This document shows, piece by piece, positions 18,908-28,224 of a stretch of DNA of 64,000 bases. The stretch is from Thermoproteota archaeon (GTDB taxonomy: Archaea; Korarchaeota; Korarchaeia; Korarchaeales; Korarchaeaceae): the NCBI GenBank assembly GCA_027492205.1, contig JAOZFN010000014.1:64542-128541 (forward strand). The letters are read 5' to 3'. How positions within the stretch are numbered: position 1 is the stretch's first letter; each line of letters opens with the position of its first letter. Both the position numbers and the translations under genes were made by a program. The notes under the pieces were generated by a model, which ran no database searches, was not told where the DNA came from, and was given only the letters and a program-made list of their open reading frames with translations.

Positions 18908-19746
18908 TCACCGAAGCGCGCCCACGAAGTTCTCGATGAGGGAATTCAGCAGGTCCGGCTTCTCGTAGAGTATCAGATGTCCCGCCCCATCCACCACGAC
19001 CAGCTCGGAGTTCGGGATCAGCTCGGCTATCCTCCTGCTCTGATCCACAGGGGTAACCCTGTCGTCCCTCGCCACAACCACCAGCGTCGGGCACTTCACC
19101 TCGCCCAGCCAAGGTTCCGCGTTGTAGCCCCTCAGCATCTCCGAGTACCTGTGCACGTGGGCCGGGAGGCCCGAGATGTAGTCGGCGTTGTCCTCCATGA
19201 ACTCCTCAAACGCCTTGGGCGGGCTCTTGGGGCTGAAGAATAGCCTCCTGTAGAAGCCGATCGTGAACCTGTTGGGCCTGAAGAGCAGGGGCTGCCAGAG
19301 GATAGCCGGCAGGCGCCTAACTATCCACTCCACGGCGCCGCCCGAGTGCCTCACCGCGCTCCCAACCAGGATCAGCCCCTTCAGGTCCCTCCCCCGGGCG
19401 AACGCCTGGGCGACCATGCCGCCGAAGCTGTGGCCCACGAGGACGGCATCCTCGGGCCCGATCCCCAACCGGCCCATGACCTCCCCGAGGTCCAGCAGGT
19501 AGTCCTCGAAGGTGACCCTCTCGGGCTTGTCCGACTCTCCGTACCCCCTCATGTCGTACGCGACGATCCTCCAGCGCCTCTCCAGCCGCTCGATCTGGTA
19601 CCTCCAGTTCGTGAGCTGCCCTGGCACGCCGCGCAGCAGGATCAGCGTGATTGGGTCGTCGTAAGAGAGCCTCTCCGCCGAGTCGTACAGCCCAGCCTGA
19701 TCCCCCTGACGCTCAGGAACCTCTCATGGGTCGGCCTCCAGGGCAC
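18908..19746 (-). pseudogene. Alpha/beta hydrolase with 5' frameshift
   Basis: DMRGYGES, GHSFGG and GAGH motifs; the N-terminus HERFLSVRGIRL lies in another frame near 19690, and the HG oxyanion motif reads RG. Confidence 0.7.
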
Positions 19747-19819
19747 GCGCCTGCAGGATAGGAAACGTGATAAGGGCAACGGTGGCTCCTTTTTAAAGCC
19801 GGCGGGGGCGCTTGCTTCG

Positions 19820-20470
19820 ATGCACTCAATGGTCGTCGACCTTCGCTCCCCGAGGGAGTGGAGGAGGAAGATTCAGCTGTTCACGTCGAGCCTGGAGTCC
19901 GCCCTCGGCGGCAGGCTCATCATGGTCGTCGCCCTGCCCTCCCCCGCGGACACCCTGTACGACTCAAACGTCCTGGTCGTCCTCGACGAGCTGAGGCCCG
20001 GCGACCTGGAGGCCGTGGCGTCCCTGACCCCGGAGGGGGTCAGCCCTCTCGTCGTTCCGGAGGACGACAGGCAGGCGGTGGAGGCGTTCAGCTCATACGA
20101 GGCCCCGCCCGACGACTGGGGAGAGGAGCTGGACAGCTTCCTCTCCCGCCTGGTCGAGAGGTTCGGCGGCAGGCTCATCATGGTCGTCGCCCTGCCCTCC
20201 CCCGCGGACACCCTGTACGACTCAAACGTCCTGGTCGTCCTCGACGAGCTGAGGCCCGGCGACCTGGAGGCCGTGGCGTCCCTGACCCCGGAGGGGGTCA
20301 GCCCTCTCGTCGTTCCGGAGGACGACAGGCAGGCGGTGGAGGCGTTCAGCTTGGCCGGGGGACGGAGGCTGTGGGGGCGCTCAGATGGCGGCCGGGCGGC
20401 GGAGACTGATCGGAGGCCGCTCCTCGGAGGGGGTACCCCTGGGTCTCAGGGAGAAGTCCAAGAGGCTTGA
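19820..20470 (+). CDS. Tandem-duplicated degenerate MNT-like protein
   Basis: Two copies of GGRLIMVVALPSPADTLYDSNVLVVLD...VSPLVV; upstream of a HEPN gene. Confidence 0.6.
   Translation: MHSMVVDLRSPREWRRKIQLFTSSLESALGGRLIMVVALPSPADTLYDSNVLVVLDELRPGDLEAVASLTPEGVSPLVVPEDDRQAVEAFSSYEAPPDDWGEELDSFLSRLVERFGGRLIMVVALPSPADTLYDSNVLVVLDELRPGDLEAVASLTPEGVSPLVVPEDDRQAVEAFSLAGGRRLWGRSDGGRAAETDRRPLLGGGTPGSQGEVQEA
19905..20351. repeat. 189-bp direct repeat (19905-20093 and 20163-20351)
   Basis: The two copies read identical by eye; period 258 bp, in frame. Confidence 0.92.
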
Positions 20471-20789
20471 GGAAGAGGCGCTCGAGGACCTCAGGGTCGG
20501 GTGTTACAACAAGGCGGTCTCGGCCGCCTACTTCGCGGTCAGGTTGGCCGCTGAGTCTAAGCTCAGGGGGCTCAGGACGAGGAGGGACGACAAGGTAGCG
20601 AACGCGCTGGCGAGGGTCCTCTCCAGGACGCTCGGAGAAGAGGGTGCCGAGCTGGTGAGGAGGGAGTACCTGTCTCTCTTTGAGGCTAGGAAGCTCGCGG
20701 ACCACAGGCCGTATCTGTTCTCCAGGGAAGAGGCCGAGGACGTGGTCTCCAGGGCGAGAAAGCTCCTTCGGGTAATCGAGGAGATCTAG
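20385..20789 (+). CDS. HEPN domain protein
   Basis: YNKAVSAAYFA and RKLADH motifs; start uncertain. Confidence 0.8.
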   Translation: MAAGRRRLIGGRSSEGVPLGLREKSKRLEEEALEDLRVGCYNKAVSAAYFAVRLAAESKLRGLRTRRDDKVANALARVLSRTLGEEGAELVRREYLSLFEARKLADHRPYLFSREEAEDVVSRARKLLRVIEEI

Positions 20790-21422
20790 AGGCCACCCCT
20801 AGCCGCCTCCTCGGCCATCCCGGAGAGCCGGAGGAGGTTCTCCCTGAACTCCGATATCTGCTCGGGCGTTATGAGGCTCCTCGCGTCAGGGTCGCCGAGC
20901 ATCGCGGCGAGCCACCCAGCCCCGTTGGCCGCCTCCAAAACCCCTCCTCCCCGAGGCCGAGGTCCCTCAGGGCGAGGTAGGCGGATGTGAGGGGGAGCCT
21001 CAGCCTCCCCAGCTAGTCCGCGGCGGCCGTGAGGTTCCGGTCGAGGAACTCGGCCGCCCTCCGGGCCGACTCGGAGACCCTCGCGAGGAGGTCCGAGAGG
21101 TTTACTCTAGAGGGCTCTCCGGGCAGCAGCTCAACGACGGCGTCGGTCCCCCCTGGCTAGGACTCGGAGGTTTCCAAGGTCCACGCTCTCCCCCTCCGGA
21201 AGCCTAACGACCAGGAACCTGACGTTCTCCCCGATCGCGGCCCCAGTTTCCGGGGGCTACACCTCGTCCCACATGCCCGCGTCGATCCTTGTCGGGGCGA
21301 ACACCGCGACCGCGCAGCCCATCTCCCGCTGTCGAAGTGGACCACCTCCCCCTCCCTCACGCCCGCTGCAACGAGAGAGGCCGCGATCTCGCCGGCGTCC
21401 GTCCACGTGAAACCGCTCCCGG

Positions 21423-23438
21423 TCACGTCCTCGGGGTTCGCGTTCGCGAGGAGACGTACCGGAGCCTCTCGGCCTCCCACCTCAGGTAGAGCTGGGTGAC
21501 CTCGTCGAAGGTCATCCAGACGACCCTGCCGTCGGCCACGAGCGGGTCGACGACCTCCATCAGCCAACGGTCGTACGCCTGGAGAACCCTTCCGACCTCG
21601 TCCTCGCTCGCGCCAGTCTGGTAGAGATGTGAGCTGGCCCACCAGACGTTGACGAACCTCTCGTCCACCGAGGACAGTGCCCTCATCAGCGACTCCGTCG
21701 CGTCTTGGAAGCAGTCGCCGCCGGACCTGCAGTCCACCTCGAAGTCCCCGGAGTTCCAAAACCAACCGGGGATGTAGACCAGCCCGCCCGAGTCGTCGTG
21801 GACCATCCACCTGGGGTCGGAGAGGTCGATCATCTGCGTCGGGGGCAGGATCCAGGGATGGAGCCACGTCGGCGCCCTGCCCGTCTGCTGGTGGTAGGGC
21901 TTCTCCACGGCCGTCATGGACGAGAACCACAGCCCTCCCCTCACCGCGCCGAGGAGGCAGACGTTGTCCATCTCGAACCCTCCCCCGAGGTTCGTCGGCT
22001 CCGAGCCGAGGGCCAGGGCCACCGCCTCCTTGACCTCCCGGGTGTAGGCGAGCTTCTGTGCGTCGGTCGTCAGCCCCAGCTCCCTCATGTGGTGCCCCAT
22101 GTGGCTCTGAACGCCGACCCCGTGTCCCCTCGAGACCAGGTCCCTGAGCACGAGCCTGTTGAACAGCACGTCGGCGCGCGCGAAGTTCTTCTCGGTCTGC
22201 ACGGAGAGCTTCGCTCCGTGTGCCTCGAACGTCGAGGCAAGCCTGTCGAGCACCTCCGCGTACCACTCGAAGGTCGACCTGTCCTGATCGTAGTAGGTGC
22301 CCCTGCCGGGGCCCTCCTCGATGTGGAGTTGGAAGGCGACCACGAGGACGGGCCGGGGGCAGTCGAACGGGCTGTTCTCCCACGTTTCGCCCGTGCCGCA
22401 CACCCCGTCCCCGCCGTTCGCCGGGATGTCAACCCCCAAGATATTCATCAGCGTCTTCTTGAACTCCTGAGGGGCTTCTGAGGCGAAGAACTCTCTCGCC
22501 TCTTCGAAGTACTCCTCCAGGGGCATGGAGTGACCCCTGTCGTGCCAGAAGATCTTCCTCTCGGCCGCCCGTATTGCCGCGTTGTAGGCCTTGACGCATG
22601 CCTCTGGCGTCAGGAGGTTGTCCCTCAGACCGCAGTGGAAGTGTACCCTGCCCTCGTAGTTGGGGAGGAGGTAGAGCGGATCTATCTCCCTGAGCACCGA
22701 GTCGTCGTCCAGCCAAGAGTGCCACTGGCCCACCCGGCCGTAGGTGAACACGTACCTCAGGTCGGCCGACGCGAGGAGGAGTTCGGCCTTGTCTATCCTC
22801 GCGCCGCCGCCCAGGGCCACGGCCGAGACTATGCTCCCGAGGCTCCTGGAGACGAGGTAGACCTCCGAGGCCCCCTGAGCCCTCAGGTACTCGGCAGCGA
22901 TGACAATCTCGCTGGCTCCCTGCCTTATGAGGTCTGGCAGGACCTCCCCTCCTAGGAAGGGACCCCTCTCCCCGTGATACGGGAGGTCGAATGCGAAGAC
23001 TGCGTATCCCAGGCCCTCAAAGGCCTCCATGTCCCGTTCCCAGGTTTCCTTGCTTCCACCCAGCCCGTGCACGAAGATGATGGCCTTTCCGTTCCACCGA
23101 GGGGGTACCCTGTATACGTGCGGTATGGCCGAGACCGCAGACTCCAGGTCTCCCGCTACCCCAGGTCCCTCCGTGGGACTGGGCGAGGTCTTCGGGTGCT
23201 TCCCCCCACCGGGCCCCCTGGTCGGGGCCTGGGCCTCCGGCTGTCCGGTCGTCTGGACTGGGGAGGGAGCAGGAGAGGGCTCTGGCGTTCGCTCTCCCCC
23301 GCGACCCAACCTGACCGGGACCAGGTGGACCGCGAGGGCCGCGCCGAGCGCGGCGAGGAGCAGGGCGGCCGACAGCAGGAGAGCGCCTCGACTCATCGCG
23401 AACCCCGGATCCGAACATTTACCAACTTTCAGGACCAT
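21423..23438 (-). CDS. Secreted alpha/beta-hydrolase + polysaccharide-deacetylase-like fusion
   Basis: Signal anchor, Pro/Thr linker, FVHGLGG, DLPYHGER, SRSLG nucleophile and GH; Cys motif GDGVCGTGETWENSPFDC; then QLHIEE and GHGVGVQSH (NodB-like). Confidence 0.7.
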   Translation of the reverse strand: MVLKVGKCSDPGFAMSRGALLLSAALLLAALGAALAVHLVPVRLGRGGERTPEPSPAPSPVQTTGQPEAQAPTRGPGGGKHPKTSPSPTEGPGVAGDLESAVSAIPHVYRVPPRWNGKAIIFVHGLGGSKETWERDMEAFEGLGYAVFAFDLPYHGERGPFLGGEVLPDLIRQGASEIVIAAEYLRAQGASEVYLVSRSLGSIVSAVALGGGARIDKAELLLASADLRYVFTYGRVGQWHSWLDDDSVLREIDPLYLLPNYEGRVHFHCGLRDNLLTPEACVKAYNAAIRAAERKIFWHDRGHSMPLEEYFEEAREFFASEAPQEFKKTLMNILGVDIPANGGDGVCGTGETWENSPFDCPRPVLVVAFQLHIEEGPGRGTYYDQDRSTFEWYAEVLDRLASTFEAHGAKLSVQTEKNFARADVLFNRLVLRDLVSRGHGVGVQSHMGHHMRELGLTTDAQKLAYTREVKEAVALALGSEPTNLGGGFEMDNVCLLGAVRGGLWFSSMTAVEKPYHQQTGRAPTWLHPWILPPTQMIDLSDPRWMVHDDSGGLVYIPGWFWNSGDFEVDCRSGGDCFQDATESLMRALSSVDERFVNVWWASSHLYQTGASEDEVGRVLQAYDRWLMEVVDPLVADGRVVWMTFDEVTQLYLRWEAERLRYVSSRTRTPRT

Positions 23439-23487
23439 GGGTATAGACCCGTTGAGCCCAAGTCCGGGGAAGGCGGGGGGAGGGAGT

Positions 23488-24288
23488 TCACCAGAACCCT
23501 ATCGCCCTCACCCCGTTCCTCCTTATCCACCGGATGGCCCACTTGGTGGCCCAGGCCGCGACGACCGCCATGGCCAGCGCCTCAACTCCAGCGACCGCCA
23601 GCGCCGCGTACTCCAGCCCCTCCCCCGCTCCAGCGGCCAGCTTCACCAGGTGCGCCGGGGCGACGTAGGGTATGCAGAGGAAGACGGGTCTCAGGGCCTC
23701 AGGTAGAGCCTGCACCGGGACCATCAGGAGTCCTACGACGACGAAGTTCAGTATCTCTAGGAGGTTGTTGGGCACGCTGGTTCTCACGGCAATTGAGGCC
23801 ACGGTGAACCCGTAGGAGAGACTCTGAACGGCCAGCAGCCCCATGCCCGCCAGGAGGAGCCAGAGGCTCTCCGTGTGCAGGAGGTTAACGTGGAAGGCCC
23901 CTCCGACCAGCGCCGCCATGAAGAGGAGCGACGCCACGACCACCGAGAGGCCAGTCACCACCCTGCCGAGGAGCGTCCTGAAGGGGGAGAACCCCCTGAC
24001 CAGGTGCTCCTCCACCATCCCTATCGAGATGAAGAAGTTCATCCAACCCCCCACCAGCGACGAGAAGTTTGACACGAAGCTCCAGGCCACTATCGTCCAG
24101 AAGGCGCCCTTGACCGCGACCCCCAGCCTCTCGCTGGGGACGAAGAGCAGGGCGCCGAGGACGAACATGAAGATCCACGCCGCCTCCGAGAGGATCATGT
24201 TCAGAAAGGAGTACCTGTACCTCCACAGCCTCAGGGTGTGGAGCCAGAGCACGGCCTTCACCTTGACTAGGTCCTCTCGAACCGGCAA
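23488..24288 (-). CDS. ABC-2 type transporter permease
   Basis: Six TM segments; in operon with an ABC ATPase. Confidence 0.75.
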   Translation of the reverse strand: MPVREDLVKVKAVLWLHTLRLWRYRYSFLNMILSEAAWIFMFVLGALLFVPSERLGVAVKGAFWTIVAWSFVSNFSSLVGGWMNFFISIGMVEEHLVRGFSPFRTLLGRVVTGLSVVVASLLFMAALVGGAFHVNLLHTESLWLLLAGMGLLAVQSLSYGFTVASIAVRTSVPNNLLEILNFVVVGLLMVPVQALPEALRPVFLCIPYVAPAHLVKLAAGAGEGLEYAALAVAGVEALAMAVVAAWATKWAIRWIRRNGVRAIGFW

Positions 24289-24289
24289 C

Positions 24290-25102
24290 TCAGATCGCCC
24301 CCTCCCTCATGGCCCTCCTCTCGCCCGCCTCGATCACCAGGCCGGAGGCGGAGTTGTACAGCGCGGTCATGGCCACCAGGGCCCCGATGAGCAGGGTGAC
24401 CCGCCTCAGCTCCGGCGACCCGATGAGCGCGGCCACCCGCGCCAGCTCGATCGTGTAGGTTGAGGGCAGGATCGCGGAGATCAGCTGGGCCCACCTGGGC
24501 AGCAGGTACGCCGGGTAGAATGCGCCTGAGAACAGCAGGATCAGGGGATTCAGGAAGCTGAGTACGTTGCTCTCCTCCTTTATCGAGAGGAGGAACGAGG
24601 CGAAGAGCGCCGCAAATCCCAACAGGGGGAGCATCCCCACGGTCGCCGCCAGCGCCATGACCCCCAGCTTCAGCGTCCCGACGGAGAGGCCCTCGACCGC
24701 CAGCACGAGGGGGGCGAACTCGGCCAGCTGTATCGCCGCGGTCATCAGGTATCTGGGCACGTACGTGAACACGAGAGTGACTGACGTCCTGTTCGGAGAC
24801 AGGAGGACGTAGGGGAGCGTGCCAATCCACCTGTGGTGGAGCACGCTCCCCCCGACACCCCACATGACGTCTAGGGAGACCATCATCGCCAGCGTGGAGG
24901 CGACGAAGTAGGTTAGGGGGTTCACGGGCAGGCCCACGTTCTGCCTGAAGGCCTGCGCGCTGCCGAACATGGCCCCCATGCCCAGGATGAGCCCCAGGGT
25001 CAGGTATGGCCAGATCAGCATGGAGACGAAGGCGGACCTGTTGTTCTTGAAGAAGTACAGGTCGAGCACGATCCCGGACTTCAGGAGCGTCTTGACCCCC
25101 AC
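24290..25102 (-). CDS. ABC-2 type transporter permease
   Basis: GTLPYVLLSP and FSGAFYP..LPRW ABC-2 signature; start re-called to GTG 25102. Confidence 0.85.
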   Translation of the reverse strand: MGVKTLLKSGIVLDLYFFKNNRSAFVSMLIWPYLTLGLILGMGAMFGSAQAFRQNVGLPVNPLTYFVASTLAMMVSLDVMWGVGGSVLHHRWIGTLPYVLLSPNRTSVTLVFTYVPRYLMTAAIQLAEFAPLVLAVEGLSVGTLKLGVMALAATVGMLPLLGFAALFASFLLSIKEESNVLSFLNPLILLFSGAFYPAYLLPRWAQLISAILPSTYTIELARVAALIGSPELRRVTLLIGALVAMTALYNSASGLVIEAGERRAMREGAI

Positions 25103-25119
25103 GGTACCCCCCCCAAGAC

Positions 25120-26136
25120 TCAGAAGCCCGTCCGACCGGTCAGCTGGACGAAGACATCCTCGAGCGTCGGCTCGCTCACCTCGACCCTCCTTATCCCGCA
25201 CCTCATCGAGTGGAGAAGGCTCAGCACCCTGGAGGTGGTCTCTTCCACCCGCTCCGGGGGCTGGACGATCTTCAGCCTCACAGTCCCATTCTCCGGGAAC
25301 GCGTCAGCGGGCGAGTCCACCTCCCCCCTCACCCTGGCCAGGAGCCCGTCGACCCTAACGTGCGCCGGCGGGGTGACCACGATCTCCAGTGAGACGCGGT
25401 CGGACACCCTCCTCTTGAGCGCCTCCACGGCGTCAAGGGCGATGATCCTGCCCTGGTTGATTATCGCTACGCGATCGCACACTATCTCGGCCTCGAACAT
25501 GTTGTGGGTCGTCACCAGCACGGTCTTCCCCTCGTCGTGGGCTATCCTGACGAGGAGCTCCCTGAGGGTCCTCGCCGAGGGAGGATCAAGTCCGAGGGTC
25601 GGCTCGTCCAGTATGAGGACGTCCGGGTCGGTCAGCAGGGCCCTGGCTATGCTCAGCCTGGCCTTCATGCCCAGCGAGTACTCCTCGTAGAGCTTGTCCT
25701 CCACGCCAAGGTCGGTCAGCCCGACCAGCCCCAGCACCTCCTCCACCCTCTCCCTGAGCCTGCGCCCGTCCATGCCGTAGAGCATGCCGAAGTAGGTGAG
25801 GTTCTCCCTGCCCGTGAGCTTCCAGAAGAAGCCCTTCTCGACGGTGAGGGAGACGCCGATCCTCCTCCTCACATCTGGCGCCTGCTCCACCACGTCGTAC
25901 CCGAGGACGCTCGCCCTCCCGCCGTCGGGCAGGAGGAGGGTGCAGAGGATCTTCACGGTGGTGGTCTTCCCGGCGCCGTTGGGGCCCAGGAGGCCGAACA
26001 CCTCCCCACGGCGCACTTCGAAGGAGACCCCCTTGAGCGCCTCGACGACCCTCCTCTCTCGCCTGAACATCCCCCTCCGCAGGTAGGTCGTGTACCTCTT
26101 CTCCAGGTCGCGCACGCTTATCGCGGCCTCAGACAT
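25120..26136 (-). CDS. ABC transporter ATP-binding protein (DrrA-like)
   Basis: GPNGAGKTT, YSLGM, LDEPT and EPTLEDVF. Confidence 0.93.
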   Translation of the reverse strand: MSEAAISVRDLEKRYTTYLRRGMFRRERRVVEALKGVSFEVRRGEVFGLLGPNGAGKTTTVKILCTLLLPDGGRASVLGYDVVEQAPDVRRRIGVSLTVEKGFFWKLTGRENLTYFGMLYGMDGRRLRERVEEVLGLVGLTDLGVEDKLYEEYSLGMKARLSIARALLTDPDVLILDEPTLGLDPPSARTLRELLVRIAHDEGKTVLVTTHNMFEAEIVCDRVAIINQGRIIALDAVEALKRRVSDRVSLEIVVTPPAHVRVDGLLARVRGEVDSPADAFPENGTVRLKIVQPPERVEETTSRVLSLLHSMRCGIRRVEVSEPTLEDVFVQLTGRTGF

Positions 26137-26351
26137 CCAATTCACCCCTCTGGGGCTCCCGGGCCCTGAACCCCCGGCGCGCAGATATATCGGTTCTGAG
26201 CACATGTGAGCGCGGCTCCACTCGAGACGCCGCGTTAACCCCGCGATCTCTCCACGCCGGTCACTTGCCCCCTACCAACCCAGAACCTCTCATCCCCAGC
26301 TCAGTCCTCACTTATGGGAGTCCGTACCTCTCTCCGGGTCCGCAGCCTCAA

Positions 26352-27269
26352 CTATTCGAACTCCACCACAAACCCAAGCCTCTTGAGCGCCCTGATCGCC
26401 CTACGGAGGTCTCCCTCTTTAACGAGGATGTGGTCGGTGGAGTAGGAGGAGAAGGCCAGCAGGCTCACGCCCTCGTGCGCCAGGGCGTTTGACACGGCGG
26501 CCATGAACCCGACCAGGGTGAAGGGCAGCTCCATGGAGAAGGTCAGCAGCCTGAAGCCGCACTCGACATCTCCTTCAGGTCGATCCGGGAGCAGATCCCT
26601 CCTCGCCACCACGGTCAGCTCCCTGCCGTCGCGCAGGACTGCGAAGGCCCCCTCCACCGGTTCCTCAAGCCTGGCCACGCAGTACTCCCCCGACCTGACG
26701 AGGACCCGCCCCCGCTCGATCAGCTCCCTGAGTCGACCGGTGGCCCTCCTCAGCCTGGCCCCCAGCAGCCTCCCGAGGACCGCCACGTCGGAGTTGGCAC
26801 CGCCCTCCCACCTCGTCAGCTCAATCGTGTTGAGGAAGTCGTAGCCGGCCGATACGAAGAAGTCGAGGGCCTCGTCGTTGGCCGGAATGACGCTGAGGAA
26901 GATGGAGTCTGCGCCCCACCTGTTTCGGGCCTCTCTCTCGGCCTCCCTCAGGAGGAGCCTCCCGAGGCCACTCCCCCTGCGGTCGGGCCTCACGTAGATC
27001 TCCCTCAGGAAGACGGCTCCCTCGTGCTCCTGAAGCCTGGCGAATCCCTCGGCCCTCCCGGACTCCTCGAGGATCAGGACCACAGAGGTCTCGTCTGAGA
27101 GGGCCCTCCTCGCCGTGCTCCTTCCCCACTCCAGGCTCTTGGGCGGAGAGCCCAGGAGCCGAGCGTGGTGGGTGTAGAAGTCGGCCAGCATCTCAGCCAG
27201 CGCCGTCTCGTCCCCCGCCCCGGCCCGCCTCACGGAGATTCCTGGTGGATTGCCCTCCCCGCGCGACAA
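26352..27269 (-). CDS. GNAT acetyltransferase fused to ACT (ACT_7/CASTOR-like) domain
   Basis: IYVRPDRRGSGLGRLLL acetyl-CoA motif; C-terminal LPFTLVGFMAAVSNALA...SSYSTDHILVK. Confidence 0.8.
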   Translation of the reverse strand: MSRGEGNPPGISVRRAGAGDETALAEMLADFYTHHARLLGSPPKSLEWGRSTARRALSDETSVVLILEESGRAEGFARLQEHEGAVFLREIYVRPDRRGSGLGRLLLREAEREARNRWGADSIFLSVIPANDEALDFFVSAGYDFLNTIELTRWEGGANSDVAVLGRLLGARLRRATGRLRELIERGRVLVRSGEYCVARLEEPVEGAFAVLRDGRELTVVARRDLLPDRPEGDVECGFRLLTFSMELPFTLVGFMAAVSNALAHEGVSLLAFSSYSTDHILVKEGDLRRAIRALKRLGFVVEFE

Positions 27270-27466
27270 GCCCCCTCACCCCAAGAGACATCGTCGCCCT
27301 CCTCCCCCCCAGCCGACCGTGAGGATATAAGAGCCCCCACTCTACAGCGCCTCCCGCCGAGAGGGGGATCTTCGGTGCGGGGACGCCTCGGGAGACGCCT
27401 CACCGACAGAGGACAACCTCGCCGCGGGCGGGCTCCCGCGCGGCTCTCCAAAAAGCTCGGCGCGGC

Positions 27467-27787
27467 CTAGGCGACTCTGACGCCCTTCCTCCTGGCCTCT
27501 TCTATCAGAGCCCTGTAAGTCTCGTTGTCGGCCACTATCAGGTCAAGCGGAACCCCCAGGTCTAAGAGGGCATCCACCTCGTCTCTGAGTAGCTCAAACA
27601 GGTCAACCTTCCCGAACTCCTTTGGAACCACTATCAGGTCCAGGTCGCTCTCGCCCCTGACCGCCGACCCATCGACGACCGATCCGAAGATGTACGCCTC
27701 CCTAACCCTGCCCCTGAGCTTCCTCCTCAGCGAGTCGATCACTCCCTCAAGGTCCCGGAGGGAGACCAGCCTCACATCCTCTGGCAC
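27467..27787 (-). CDS. Minimal nucleotidyltransferase
   Basis: IFGSVVDGSAVRGESDLD and LDLIV. Confidence 0.85.
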   Translation of the reverse strand: MPEDVRLVSLRDLEGVIDSLRRKLRGRVREAYIFGSVVDGSAVRGESDLDLIVVPKEFGKVDLFELLRDEVDALLDLGVPLDLIVADNETYRALIEEARRKGVRVA

Positions 27788-27788
27788 G

Positions 27789-28151
27789 CTACTCCCCCAC
27801 CTTGGCCAGGAGTTCCCTGTAGACCTCATCGATTCTATCTAGGTCCTCCTCCGAGATCGAGGGGACCACCCCGTAGTCTCCCCTCTCCCTCAGGGATTGT
27901 ATCCTCGCGATGGCCCTCACCAACCTCTCCTGCAGGCCCAGCCGCTCTCGCGACGCCCACATCCTAGAGATCAGGCTAGCGTGCGTCTTCGGGATCGGCT
28001 CGCCGTGCTTTAAGAGCAGGGCTCTTGACAGGTGCAGGATCGCATAATACCCTCGGGAGGCGGCGTCCTCCAAGAGCCCCTCGCGCCCGAGTATTGAAAA
28101 GGCCCTGTGAGCCTTCCGGGCCCTCTCAACGTGAAGTTCGTAGTCCTCCAA
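27789..28151 (-). CDS. HEPN domain protein
   Basis: AASRGYYA, PKTH and LRERGDY. Confidence 0.85.
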   Translation of the reverse strand: MEDYELHVERARKAHRAFSILGREGLLEDAASRGYYAILHLSRALLLKHGEPIPKTHASLISRMWASRERLGLQERLVRAIARIQSLRERGDYGVVPSISEEDLDRIDEVYRELLAKVGE

Positions 28152-28224
28152 ACCACTCCAACCTCCTCTTGCTGAGGTAAATAAACGCTCAGCTTGACCA
28201 GCTCGACTCTCCGCGCGGCGAGCC

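Noticed and set aside
19905-20351. Repeat considered as a CRISPR array or DGR template/variable pair
   Set aside because: Only two long, identical, in-frame copies; no spacers, no adenine-specific mismatches, and no cas or reverse transcriptase genes.
20790-21420. Coding-like minus-strand remnants
   Set aside because: Interrupted by stops and frameshifts; no family recognisable.
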